DNA of 64,000 bases, taken from Cyanobacteria bacterium P01_F01_bin.150. Lineage in GTDB: Bacteria > Cyanobacteriota > Cyanobacteriia > CAKZMO01. Within the stretch, counting starts at the first letter, position 1, and every line of letters starts with the position of its first letter. The stretch covers positions 25,537 to 89,536 of the forward strand of contig JBCCYL010000018.1 in assembly GCA_039189765.1 (NCBI GenBank), in the 5' to 3' direction. Below, piece after piece: positions 50,685 to 60,400 of the stretch. The translations under genes were made by a program, and so were the position numbers. The notes beneath the pieces were generated by a model that did no database searches, had not been told where the DNA came from, and worked only from the letters and a program-made list of their open reading frames with translations.

Positions 50685-51709
50685 GCATCGACTCCTGCCC
50701 GTGGGTCAATAACGGTATACAGCAGATCAATCAACAGGTTTAACACCACGTACAGCAGTGCCATGGTCAGCACAAAGCCCTGGACCGCCGCATAGTCAGA
50801 GGCCACCAATGCCGAGACCGCATAGGAGCCAATCCCGGGCCATGCAAATACTTTTTCCACCAGGACATTGGCTCCCAGCAGAAAGGAGAAGACTACCCCC
50901 AAGGTTGTGACAATAGGCAATAGGGAATTGCGAAAGGCATAGACAAACAGGATGGTAAAAGGGGAGAGGCCGCTGGTTCGGGCCGTACGGATAAAGTCGC
51001 TGGATAACACTGCTAGCATGGAGGCACGGGTGACTCGGGCCAGGGGGGCCAGGGCAAATAGCCCCAGGGTGATGGCCGGAAGAATAAGCTGGGAAAGGGC
51101 TGCGGTAAAAGTGTCTAAACGTCCTTCGAGAAGACTATCAATCAGATACAGTCCCGTCACTTTTTCGGGGGGAGACACCAAAATATCTAAACGCCCTAGG
51201 GGGGCTGGGGCAATACCTAGGTGGAAGTAAAAGACGTAGACCAGCAGCAATCCGGTAAAAAAGGTGGGTAGAGATACACCAGCGGTGGCCAGCACTCGAA
51301 CGCCGTGGTCAATCCAGGAGTTGGGGCAGGTGGCGGCAAAAATTCCAAGCGGTAGGGCCAAGGCCAGGGAAAATAGAAGTCCAGCAAGGGTTAGTTCTAG
51401 GGATGCTGGTAGACGGGTGGTGAGATCGGAGACGACGGTTTGGCCAGTGGTTAGGGAGGTGCCTAGGTCGCCCCGTAGAAGTTCACCAACGTAAATAAAA
51501 AATTGGACTGGAAGGGGGCGATCGAGTCCCAGGGTTGCACGAATCTGATCGATGGCCTCTTGGGTAGCAGCAGGTCCGGCAAAGTAAGCCGCAGGATCTC
51601 CGGGCAATGCTCGGGTTAGTAGGAAAGTAATAATGATTACCCCGATAATGCTGGGAACTGCCGCTAAAATTCGTTTGGCAATAATAGTAATAGTGGAAGA
51701 ACGAGCCAT
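50681..51709 (-). CDS. ABC transporter permease (DppB-like)
   Basis: LPGDPA, GDLGTS, LPASLEL, VEKVFAWPGIG. Confidence 0.93.
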   Translation of the reverse strand: MARSSTITIIAKRILAAVPSIIGVIIITFLLTRALPGDPAAYFAGPAATQEAIDQIRATLGLDRPLPVQFFIYVGELLRGDLGTSLTTGQTVVSDLTTRLPASLELTLAGLLFSLALALPLGIFAATCPNSWIDHGVRVLATAGVSLPTFFTGLLLVYVFYFHLGIAPAPLGRLDILVSPPEKVTGLYLIDSLLEGRLDTFTAALSQLILPAITLGLFALAPLARVTRASMLAVLSSDFIRTARTSGLSPFTILFVYAFRNSLLPIVTTLGVVFSFLLGANVLVEKVFAWPGIGSYAVSALVASDYAAVQGFVLTMALLYVVLNLLIDLLYTVIDPRAGVDA

Positions 51710-51748
51710 AACTTTTAGTCTCTTTTTTTCGGTTGGGGGCGATCGCGA

Positions 51749-51930
51749 TTAAAACAGAAATGCAACAGAACCATCTCCAACCTCAACAACATTAAGCTCC
51801 TCAAATTGGATACCTGCTCCATGCTCAATGTCCCAATTACAACTCAGTTCTATTCCATAAATTGGTTCGCCAGATGAGTTTAATTCCCCAACATGAAGCG
51901 AGACTGAACCACACAGAGGGGCAAGTTCAT
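51749..51930 (-). pseudogene. C-terminal remnant of a DUF6985-like (immunity-type) protein
   Basis: Manual translation YGIELSCNWDIEHGAGIQFEELNVVEVGDGSVAFLF*; no start codon. Confidence 0.5.
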
Positions 51931-51940
51931 AGTATTAGCT

Positions 51941-52186
51941 CTAAACAGCTTGCTTAAGAGATCTCATATTCAAAACCGTATTCTGTCTCAATGGTTCAAT
52001 ATGGGATTCTGAAACAACCAACACGGCGATAGTTTCTCCCAAAGCATTAAAAACTTCCAAGCTGTAGCCATCTTCACCACTAGAAACAGGATGATGATCC
52101 ACAACTGTCGCCACATCACCCTGTTGCAATTGATGTTGAGGTAAATCCTGGCTTAGAGCCACCCGTGAAAATAATTCAAATGTCAT
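51941..52186 (-). CDS. DUF4926-like protein
   Basis: VALSQDLP..GDVATVVD..GYSLEVFNALGETIAV. Confidence 0.8.
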   Translation of the reverse strand: MTFELFSRVALSQDLPQHQLQQGDVATVVDHHPVSSGEDGYSLEVFNALGETIAVLVVSESHIEPLRQNTVLNMRSLKQAV

Positions 52187-52521
52187 GCGATCGCCTCCTT
52201 ATCGGGATAAAGCGTAATAAATTTGGTTCGTTGAGTTTCATACTCAATCATCCAAACGGTGATTACAGCCAGTTTTTTTCCATTTGGCCCCGTCAGAGAG
52301 CCGCAAATACGGTAAACATCACCAAATTGATTAGGTTCATCACTGAGTACCGCATCCTTCGGTAAAATCTGGGTTCTTAGATCTTGTTCCAATTGTTGCC
52401 AATTATCTTGATCATAACCAGCTTGTGCCAGGAATTTCGACTTATCATCTGCCTCACGCCAGATTAGCAAGTACCGTGTTAACTTAGCTGATGCAATAGT
52501 GGCATCTTGAGACAGTTTCAT
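52183..52521 (-). CDS. DUF6883-like protein (predicted toxin-type domain)
   Basis: AKLTRYLL..DKSKFLAQAGY..FGDVY..LTGPNG..TVW..FITLYP; ATGA overlap with the DUF4926 gene. Confidence 0.72.
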   Translation of the reverse strand: MKLSQDATIASAKLTRYLLIWREADDKSKFLAQAGYDQDNWQQLEQDLRTQILPKDAVLSDEPNQFGDVYRICGSLTGPNGKKLAVITVWMIEYETQRTKFITLYPDKEAIA

Positions 52522-52606
52522 TTTGAATGCGAATAGATCCAAACAAAAGTCTTACATATCTTTCCAAATTGTCTTAAGAACAAAGGCGATCGCTCCCACA
52601 AACTCC

Positions 52607-53158
52607 TCACTCTCGCCAATACTTCGGATTATCCAACGCATCTGCGCATTGCACCGTACCCTGGACTTTGCCAAGAATGTCGGGCTGAAGCTCCTGGACC
52701 ATCCAAGCATCAGCCTGTTCTGGTGGAATGGCATAGGTGGGTTCAAATCCTCTAACCTCAGCAGGGACAAAGCCATGCCGAGAATAGTAGGCAGGATATC
52801 CCAGCACAAAGACGAGTTCCGTCCCCGCAGCCTTTAATTGCTTAAGTCCAGCGTTAATTAGACGACCGCCAACCCCCTGGTTTTGGTAGACAGGCAGCAC
52901 CGCTAAGGGAGCGAGAATCGATGCTGAAACCTCTCGTTGAGTATCTTTAATCCGCGCATGGGTGAACAAGATATGTCCAACGACCTGATCCTGAACAGTA
53001 GCTACTAGGGACAACAATGGTTGAGCAGTGCGATCGCCCAGCAAATCAGCGATTAGCCCGACGATTTCATTGCTAGCCTCAGGGACAAAAGCCTCGGTAG
53101 CAACCGTGAAAATGGCCTGTTGCTCAGCATCAGAAGCTTGCCGTATCTCTACATCCAT
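52607..53158 (-). CDS. GNAT N-acetyltransferase (YhbS-like)
   Basis: VVGHILF, LAPLAVLPVYQNQGVGGRLI, VLGYPAYYSRHGF. Confidence 0.9.
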   Translation of the reverse strand: MDVEIRQASDAEQQAIFTVATEAFVPEASNEIVGLIADLLGDRTAQPLLSLVATVQDQVVGHILFTHARIKDTQREVSASILAPLAVLPVYQNQGVGGRLINAGLKQLKAAGTELVFVLGYPAYYSRHGFVPAEVRGFEPTYAIPPEQADAWMVQELQPDILGKVQGTVQCADALDNPKYWRE

Positions 53159-53169
53159 AAACCACCAGC

Positions 53170-54870
53170 CTAAGCTTTTTTCATCTGACGATAGTCTAGC
53201 TGACGATGGAACCAGTACTGATAGCCGCTGACATTGGGCTGCATTGCCACCGATAGATAGGGCTGCACCATCACAACCCGGGGCACCTCTTCAAAGGCAA
53301 TCTTAAGGAACCCTTTGACGTTTTTGTCGTAAGCTGGGTCGCCGGGTTTAGTGGCCAATGCCGCATCCACCAGCGTATCCAGTTCGGGATTTTGGTAGGC
53401 GCTGCCGTTAAAGGTGGCATTTTGCCCATGATAGGAATAGAAAAAGAAGTAGTCAGGATAGTTGAGCCAGCCGCCAAAATTATTGACAATCATCGGCCGA
53501 TTTTTTTCCACCAGCACCGCCCGGAAGTTCGAACCTGGCACCTTCTCCAGCGTTACCTTAATCCCAATTTCCGCCAGAGCCTCCTGGGCCAGCACGCTGA
53601 GCGGTTCGGCCCACTCTTTTGTGCCGAGGTTAAACGCCAAGGTGGTCTCAAATCCATCGGGATAGCTCGACTCTGCCATCAGTGCCTTGGCCTTGTCCAT
53701 ATCAGTGCTGTAGGGATAGGGCTGAGGCCAGTCGATGGACTTGGGGTCAACGCTCTCGCCACCGTACATTTTGACGCATTCCCCGTAGAGGGCCGTATCC
53801 ACAATGGCGTCGTAGGGCATGGCATGGGCCACCGCCTGCCGCACTTTTACATCACTAAAGGGATTCGCCTTGCCGTCGAGTTGCGGCTGGGAGTTGAGGT
53901 CAATGGTGTAAAGACAGTTTTCAATCGGGGTCGTGACAACGTTGTATTTACCCGTCGCCTTTAACTCGCTAATATCCTTTTCGGACACCGTAAAGTTGAC
54001 GTCCACATCGCCCTTTTCTAACAGTGCCCGCCGGTTACCCGCTTCTGGAACGTTTAGCTCAATCACCTTCTGAATCGCAGGGAGGGGACCGGACTTCCAG
54101 TCGTCATATCGAACTAAGACAACACGCTCCTCTGGCTGGAAGGTTTCTAGCATATAGGCACCCCCTCCCGCCGGGTTGGCATTGGCCCACTCCAGCCCCC
54201 AGGGATCGTCTTCTGTGACATGAGGGTCGATCAGAGCCGAGTTCATAATGGCGGGGATAGGAACTGCCATATCCATTAGGGTCAGCTTATTGTCTTTGCG
54301 CAGGAACTTGACCTCAAAGGTGTGGTCATCAATAACGCTAAACTGATCGGGGCTTTCCAACGCCCCTGCTTTCATTTGAAATGAGGGAAAGCCACCCACT
54401 GATACGGCGCGATCGTAGGACCACTTCACATCCTTAGCTGTAACCGGGGTGCCATCATGGAAGGTGGCGTCCTTGCGAAGATTAAACTGGACCGATAGAC
54501 CATCTTCCGCAACAGTCCAGGATTCCGCCAGCTCAGGTTCAATCACCGTGTAGTCGTAGGAAAGAGAGCCATCGGCTAGGGTTTTAGTCCCAAACGTGAC
54601 GAGGCGATCGTATAAACACCAGGAAGTCCCATAGGCCGGACGGTTCGTACCCACCTTATGCAAATCGAGGCCATTGGGAAATCCGCCACCCCGAACCACG
54701 GTCAGAACCGCAGGTTCAGTCTTTGACCCACCCTCTTTTGCCGCCGTATCCTGAGATGCGGCCCCACTATCTGCTGCTGGTTTTGACCCAGAACAGGCGT
54801 TTACTAAGGCCGCCAGAGAGACTCCAGTGGCAAATCCCGTGCCATATTTTAGTACATCTCGTCGCCGCAT
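53170..54870 (-). CDS. ABC transporter substrate-binding lipoprotein (family 5) with Tat signal
   Basis: MRRRDVLK..LVNAC lipobox; LAESW, FHDGTPVTAKDVKWS. Confidence 0.92.
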   Translation of the reverse strand: MRRRDVLKYGTGFATGVSLAALVNACSGSKPAADSGAASQDTAAKEGGSKTEPAVLTVVRGGGFPNGLDLHKVGTNRPAYGTSWCLYDRLVTFGTKTLADGSLSYDYTVIEPELAESWTVAEDGLSVQFNLRKDATFHDGTPVTAKDVKWSYDRAVSVGGFPSFQMKAGALESPDQFSVIDDHTFEVKFLRKDNKLTLMDMAVPIPAIMNSALIDPHVTEDDPWGLEWANANPAGGGAYMLETFQPEERVVLVRYDDWKSGPLPAIQKVIELNVPEAGNRRALLEKGDVDVNFTVSEKDISELKATGKYNVVTTPIENCLYTIDLNSQPQLDGKANPFSDVKVRQAVAHAMPYDAIVDTALYGECVKMYGGESVDPKSIDWPQPYPYSTDMDKAKALMAESSYPDGFETTLAFNLGTKEWAEPLSVLAQEALAEIGIKVTLEKVPGSNFRAVLVEKNRPMIVNNFGGWLNYPDYFFFYSYHGQNATFNGSAYQNPELDTLVDAALATKPGDPAYDKNVKGFLKIAFEEVPRVVMVQPYLSVAMQPNVSGYQYWFHRQLDYRQMKKA

Positions 54871-54987
54871 ACCTGCCCTCCTTTCCAGTAATGGATAATG
54901 GAGCCTAGGCTAAGTCATCGACGTGAAGTTTTTTAGGAAAATTTCGGGAAGAAATCGGGAAGATGCTGTTATCCCGTAACAGCCGAT

Positions 54988-56310
54988 TTACAAGACACGG
55001 AGAATACTGGGGACGCTAGCGATCGCCTCACTCCCCTCCAACTCTTTGATCGCCTGACGCACATTCCCTTCCCGCACCTCATGGGTGACAATTACAATTT
55101 CAGCACAGCCATCCCGCTTGCCAATTTGAACGATTGATTCCAAGCTGACCTGATGATTGCCAAAGCAGGTACCAATATAGCCGATTACCCCGGGCTGATC
55201 TTGGGCTACAAGCCTTACATAAAAGCGAGTTACGACCTCATCCATAGGGGCGATCGCACAATAATTCTGATGGGACGGTGCCAGCAATGGGTCTAGCATG
55301 GGAGTGCCATCTGCCTTTGTCGCATCCCCCCGCTCTACCTTCAACAATGCAGCAATATTGAGAATGTCAGATACCACCGCGCTCGCTGTAGGTCCAGACC
55401 CCGCTCCGGGACCGTAGAACATCACCTGCCCTACAGGGTCTCCCTCCACAAAGATGGCGTTAAACACATCGTTGACATTAGATAACGGATGAGTTGTAGG
55501 CACCAGGGTAGGGTGAACCCGCATTTCCAACCGTTCCGGTTCATCCGGGCCAGATTGACGCTTAGCCGTAGCAATCAACTTAATCACAAAGCCTAAGCGA
55601 TCGGCATAGGCAATATCATCCGCTGTAATATTGCGAATCCCTTCGCAATAAACCTCATCCAAATTAATGCGACCACCAAACGCTAGAGAGGCTAGAATCG
55701 CAATCTTATCAGCAGCATCCAGCCCGTCTACATCCGCCGTAGGGTCAGCTTCGGCATACCCTAAATCCTGGGCATCTTTAAGAATGGCGTTAAAATCGCC
55801 CCCTTCATTCTTCATTCGGGTAAGGATATAGTTGGTGGTGCCGTTGATAATTCCCATCAATGCCGTAATGCGATTGGCACAGAGGGACTGCTTTAGGGGT
55901 TCCACCACCGGAATACCTCCACCAACAGCTGCTTCTAGAAGAACGTATACCCCCGCCTTCTCCGCTGCCGTAAAAATTTCATCACTGTGACGGGCAATTA
56001 GCGCTTTGTTGGCCGTTACAACATGCTTCCCATTGGCGATCGCCTCCAACACCAGCGTCCTAGCTGGCTCAATCCCACCAATCACCTCTACAATAATGTC
56101 AATATTAGGGTCGACAACAATGGCATTGAGATCGTCCGTAAATAGCTCCTGAGGTAGCTCAATATCCCGCGATTTATTAGGCGATCGCACCCCCACTCGG
56201 TGAATTTCTAGCTCCTTCACCAATGGATGGCGCTGTGCCGGACTACGCAAAATTTGTGCTGTCCCTGTTCCAACCGTCCCTAATCCCAATAAGCCAATCT
56301 TAAAACTCAA
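54988..56310 (-). CDS. hom: Homoserine dehydrogenase with C-terminal ACT domain
   Basis: GLGTVG, VTANKA, EAAVGGGIP, NGTTNYIL, GYAEADP, GPGAG, DQPGVIG. Confidence 0.95.
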   Translation of the reverse strand: MSFKIGLLGLGTVGTGTAQILRSPAQRHPLVKELEIHRVGVRSPNKSRDIELPQELFTDDLNAIVVDPNIDIIVEVIGGIEPARTLVLEAIANGKHVVTANKALIARHSDEIFTAAEKAGVYVLLEAAVGGGIPVVEPLKQSLCANRITALMGIINGTTNYILTRMKNEGGDFNAILKDAQDLGYAEADPTADVDGLDAADKIAILASLAFGGRINLDEVYCEGIRNITADDIAYADRLGFVIKLIATAKRQSGPDEPERLEMRVHPTLVPTTHPLSNVNDVFNAIFVEGDPVGQVMFYGPGAGSGPTASAVVSDILNIAALLKVERGDATKADGTPMLDPLLAPSHQNYCAIAPMDEVVTRFYVRLVAQDQPGVIGYIGTCFGNHQVSLESIVQIGKRDGCAEIVIVTHEVREGNVRQAIKELEGSEAIASVPSILRVL

Positions 56311-56570
56311 CGCTTGTTACCTGAATATGACATTGATCAATGTGGTGTAGACGGTTTGCATATCGCTTATATCCGCCTATACAAGAGTATCAAAAAAGAG
56401 TATCAATAACTGGGGCGATCGCCTCCTCGAAAATTTTGTTTGTGTTGTGGATGCTTTGCATCCACAACACCTGTACTTAACATAGCTGAATGCCGCTACA
56501 GTGATCGCAATAAAAAAGGAGAAGGGTAGGCTGGTATAGCATGGTGTAAGGAGAGACTGAGCGAACCAGC

Positions 56571-59156
56571 ATGAACCCAACCCCAGGCCCATCAGGACCA
56601 GCATCAAACCTCAAAGCCCAAGCGAAAGAGGCTGTTACTGCGTTAAAAAATGAAGACTACGGAGAAGCGATCGCCCTGCTTGAGCCATTACTAGAGCAGG
56701 CCACCAAACCCTCCACCGAAGTCTATCTCCGGCGCAACCTAGCCAAAGCCTATATGGGATTAGACAATGCCCTGGCTGCATTTCACCAGTGCAATCATCT
56801 GAGGCGTAATCCCGACCCCGAAGTCCGCAAATGGGCAAAGAAGGCGATTAATCATCTCAGAAAAAAATATCCATATATTGAGAATTCTGCTACACCGATT
56901 CCTGATGGGGGGACGGGTTTTGTGCCTTTGGGTGAGGGAGTTGGGGCGTTAGGCTTAGAAAAGCAAGGGAGCGGGGGAGCAGAGGAGCAGGGGAGCGGGG
57001 GAGGTAGCTCAATTCAGTCCTCGAAAGCTTCAACACCTCAACACTTCAACTCTCAAACTCTCCAAAATCCAAAATCCAAAATCCAAGATCAACCCACCCC
57101 TAGCCCCTCCCAAGAGGGGGATCGGAGTCTCCCCTCCCCCCCAACACCCCGACTCTTCAACTCTCCAACTCCTCAACTCTCCAACTCTCCAACTCCCCAA
57201 AATCCAAAATCCAAAATCCAAAATCCAAAATCCTCTGTTTTTCCCTGGAAAAATGCCGATCGGGCTAAGAGCTGGTCTCCTATTAGGGCTAAATCAACCT
57301 TTGCTAGCCGAATTAATACTATTCTGGTGCATGGTTGGACTGCGATCGCGCTCTGGATTGTTGCGAAAAGCTTTCTTCAAATTGGCATGGCATTGGGTAA
57401 TCCCCTCCGGGAGAATATGCAGCGGTTTATGCGATTTGAACGGTGGTATTTTCTGGAACAGTATCCGGGACGGGTGGCAGCCATGGTGTTGGTAGGGCTA
57501 TTGCTCTTATCGCCGTGGATACTGGATTTATTTTTGAAATGGGGCCACCGGGCTAAGCGAGTCTCCATAGATGACTTAGCTCAACATAGTCCAGAGGCGA
57601 AGAAAGTATTGCAGCAGTCCAGTCGCAAGCAGAATCATCCCGTTCCTGGTCTTCGACTACTGCCGACCCAGACTCCTGTCATACTCAGCTATGGGTTGCG
57701 ACCTCGTTTTTCTCGCATTGTAGTTAGTGAAGGGCTATTGCGCCAGCTAGATGATGAAGAAATAGCGACGCTTATTGCGATAGAGCTAGCCCACATTCGC
57801 GGCTGGAATTTAGCGCTAGTCACCTTAGTGACCCTATCAGCTCAAATTTCCTATGGACTGTGTCAGCTTTTCGCAGGCTGGGCTGATGGACTCGGTAATG
57901 CTTTTTTACAGCAAGTAGGAGCTGCCTTTGCCGCAATCGCCTACGGTATGTTCTGGCTAGTGCGTGGGACTGGCCTGTGGCTATCCCGCAGCCGATTTGA
58001 ACACAGCGATCGCGCTGCCGTCAATTCAACCGGGAACCCCAACGCCCTAACCCGAGCCTTAATGAAACTGGCGATCGCCACCGCCACCGATATCCGCCGC
58101 CAAGGCCACACCGCCCCGCTACTCGAACAGTTCGAATGGCTAATGCCCGTCGGCTACCGTTCCGCCATCAGCATCGGCACTATCTTCCCCCTTCAATATC
58201 AAGCGTCTCAATTAAAGGAAGAAGGGGTATTAAAGGCAGAAGGCAGAAGGCAGAAGGCAGAAGAACCCACCCCTAGCCCCTCCCAAGAGGGGGATCGAAC
58301 CTCCTCTAACTCCCCAACTCCCCAACTCTCCAACTCTCCAACTCCCCAACTCCTCAACTCCCCAACTCTCCTAACCTGGGACTATCAAAACCCCCACCGT
58401 AGCTGGTTAAGCATCAACAACACCCATCCTCCCCTAGGCGATCGCCTTTATCGTATTGCCCAGCATGCAAAAAGATGGAAGCTTGAATCAGAGTTGGACC
58501 TGCCCGTAGCATCTCGATTGTCACCGTCTCCCAAAATGAAAATCCAGGTGGCACCATTTGTCGGCTTTTTTGTGGGAGCCGCGTTAACGCTGATTCTATG
58601 GTTTGTCGGTGTTTTAGCCGATCAGTTTGACTGGCGAGCCATTGAATGGCTACAGTACGATTCCCAATCTATTTTTCGTGGCATGCTGGCGCTGAGCTTT
58701 AGCTTTGGCATAATTTTGCGCTTTAACGATTTCTTTCCAGACATCAAGCCATCGACACAACGTCAGGAAGAATTAACGGAGTTGTTAACCCCACCAGACC
58801 ATGTGCCTGCGGATAGCCAACCCGTCCAGCTAGAGGGAAAGTTATTGGGGCGGCGTGGAACAGACAATTGGCTTAACCAAGATTTAATTCTGCAAACTCA
58901 AACTGGATTGGTCAGACTCCACTGTATTTCCATATTGGGTGCGGTGGGCAATTTAATATTTGATGCGATTCGTCTCCAATCACTCAAAGGACGGACAGTA
59001 ATAGTGACGGGCTGGCTGCGGCGGGGGGCAACTCCCTGGGTCGATGTGGACAAAATCAAAAGCCAGCAAGGCAGAACGATTCAAGCTGGCCATCCAATCT
59101 GGTCCATGCTCCTGGCGACAATAGCGGCAATCTGGGGAGCTTATGTCCTTTACTAG
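56571..59156 (+). CDS. TPR + M48 (HtpX-like) membrane protein with a degenerate zinc motif and two in-frame repeat inserts
   Basis: IVVSEGLL, IELAH in place of HExxH, DRAAV..TGNPNAL, THPPLGDRL. Confidence 0.82.
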   Translation: MNPTPGPSGPASNLKAQAKEAVTALKNEDYGEAIALLEPLLEQATKPSTEVYLRRNLAKAYMGLDNALAAFHQCNHLRRNPDPEVRKWAKKAINHLRKKYPYIENSATPIPDGGTGFVPLGEGVGALGLEKQGSGGAEEQGSGGGSSIQSSKASTPQHFNSQTLQNPKSKIQDQPTPSPSQEGDRSLPSPPTPRLFNSPTPQLSNSPTPQNPKSKIQNPKSSVFPWKNADRAKSWSPIRAKSTFASRINTILVHGWTAIALWIVAKSFLQIGMALGNPLRENMQRFMRFERWYFLEQYPGRVAAMVLVGLLLLSPWILDLFLKWGHRAKRVSIDDLAQHSPEAKKVLQQSSRKQNHPVPGLRLLPTQTPVILSYGLRPRFSRIVVSEGLLRQLDDEEIATLIAIELAHIRGWNLALVTLVTLSAQISYGLCQLFAGWADGLGNAFLQQVGAAFAAIAYGMFWLVRGTGLWLSRSRFEHSDRAAVNSTGNPNALTRALMKLAIATATDIRRQGHTAPLLEQFEWLMPVGYRSAISIGTIFPLQYQASQLKEEGVLKAEGRRQKAEEPTPSPSQEGDRTSSNSPTPQLSNSPTPQLLNSPTLLTWDYQNPHRSWLSINNTHPPLGDRLYRIAQHAKRWKLESELDLPVASRLSPSPKMKIQVAPFVGFFVGAALTLILWFVGVLADQFDWRAIEWLQYDSQSIFRGMLALSFSFGIILRFNDFFPDIKPSTQRQEELTELLTPPDHVPADSQPVQLEGKLLGRRGTDNWLNQDLILQTQTGLVRLHCISILGAVGNLIFDAIRLQSLKGRTVIVTGWLRRGATPWVDVDKIKSQQGRTIQAGHPIWSMLLATIAAIWGAYVLY
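56963..57232. repeat. Composite repeat cassette 1 in the M48 gene
   Basis: GGGAGCGG/GCAGAGGA units, (TCCAAAA)n, CCCCTCCCAAGAGGGG, (CTCTCCAA)n. Confidence 0.85.
58232..58370. repeat. Composite repeat cassette 2 in the M48 gene
   Basis: (GGCAGAA)n + AACCCACCCCTAGCCCCTCCCAAGAGGGGGATCG + (CTCCCCAA)n. Confidence 0.88.
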
Positions 59157-59295
59157 TCTTAGTTACGTCGTTTCAGGACTTTTCTGCACCACTAAGTAGA
59201 TTACGCTGTAACCTCATTGCTGCAATCTACAACAAAGAGTATGCCAAAACAGCTTGACACAGTCAGAAAAATTTAATTTGCAATGAAGTCTAATG

Positions 59296-59355
59296 TTCAG
59301 GTGTGTGCATCTTGTCAAGGATTTAGAGGCGCTACATAGAAAACGGTAGGGTCAG
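59296..59355 (+). mobile_element. IS right-end remnant, copy 1
   Basis: 58/60 identical to 62099-62158; encodes QVCASCQGFRGAT*. Confidence 0.7.
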
Positions 59356-59373
59356 CTTTTTTTTCATACCCCC

Positions 59374-59404
59374 TTGACCTTCAAGTTGCTTGAAACTTTA
59401 GACT
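59374..59404 (+). promoter_or_regulatory. MerR-type promoter/operator with a 19-bp spacer
   Basis: TTGACC-19 nt-TAGACT, with dyad TTCAAG-TTG-CTTGAA in the spacer. Confidence 0.8.
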
Positions 59405-59431
59405 GTAATTGTCAGCACAGAGGACACAAGA

Positions 59432-60268
59432 ATGTTTCGCATTGGTGAGTTTTCCAAAATAGCCCAAGTGCCAGCAAGTCAGTTGCGCTACTATAACGAA
59501 ATTGGTCTTTTTACGCCGATCCGTAGCGATCGTGAAACTGGCTACCGTTACTATAGTGTGCAGCAGCTCCCTAAACTTAACCGCATTCTTGCCCTTAAAG
59601 ATCTGGGTCTCTCTCTCGAACAGGTTAAACGCTTGGTGGAGGATGAGGTATCTGTTGAAGAAATTCGCGGGATGCTTACTCTACGCAAAGCCCAGATTGA
59701 GCAAACCCTCCAATCTGAAGCAATGCGGTTGCAGGCGGTAGAATCTCGTCTGCAGCAGCTTGAGGGCAAAGATCAACTTCAAGATGATGTCATTTTGAAA
59801 AGTTTGCCTGCTCAATCGTTTTTGGCCACACGGCATCGCTGTTATAACCTGTCAGAGGCATTTGCCATCGCTAATGATATGGGCAAAATCGTGCCGAAGC
59901 ACGTTCGAGCCAAGACTCTGGGGCATTTTGCAGCCGTTATCCATAGCGAGCAGTTTGAGCCGGATGATATCGATGTGGAGCTGGTTTTTTTACTCAAGCA
60001 AAACATAGATATGACGGTAACCCTATCCATGGGCTTAGAGATGAGCGTGCGCGAGCTGCCCCCGATTCAAACTGCACTGACCGCAATGCGATTTGGTGGT
60101 CCTGAACGAGGCATTTCCTGCCACAACGCAATCGGCACCTGGATTGAAACTAACCAATATCAGATTATTGGTCCATGTCGGGAGGTCTTTATAGTACCAC
60201 CCAAACTTGGCCATGAATCAGAAATGGTAGTAGAAATTCAGCATCCAATTGCGGCCATTACAGCCTGA
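59432..60268 (+). CDS. MerR family regulator with GyrI-like effector domain (BmrR-like)
   Basis: MFRIGEFSK..LRYY..TGYRYY..LGLSLEQV; C-terminal WIETNQY..GPCREVF. Confidence 0.92.
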   Translation: MFRIGEFSKIAQVPASQLRYYNEIGLFTPIRSDRETGYRYYSVQQLPKLNRILALKDLGLSLEQVKRLVEDEVSVEEIRGMLTLRKAQIEQTLQSEAMRLQAVESRLQQLEGKDQLQDDVILKSLPAQSFLATRHRCYNLSEAFAIANDMGKIVPKHVRAKTLGHFAAVIHSEQFEPDDIDVELVFLLKQNIDMTVTLSMGLEMSVRELPPIQTALTAMRFGGPERGISCHNAIGTWIETNQYQIIGPCREVFIVPPKLGHESEMVVEIQHPIAAITA

Positions 60269-60400
60269 CACAGCAACATTACTGCAACATCCTTCTATCT
60301 GTAAAACAACCCTTGAGCAACTGATGGGGTATCCCATCAGTCACGGAGGCCTTTGGCCAATTTCAGATCAGTTAATTCAATTTAGGAGATAGATAGTTCA

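Noticed and set aside
53392..53964. Long antisense ORFs (also 61124-61666, 66-458, 32649-33062)
   Set aside because: They are shadows of well-supported genes on the opposite strand and have no motifs of their own
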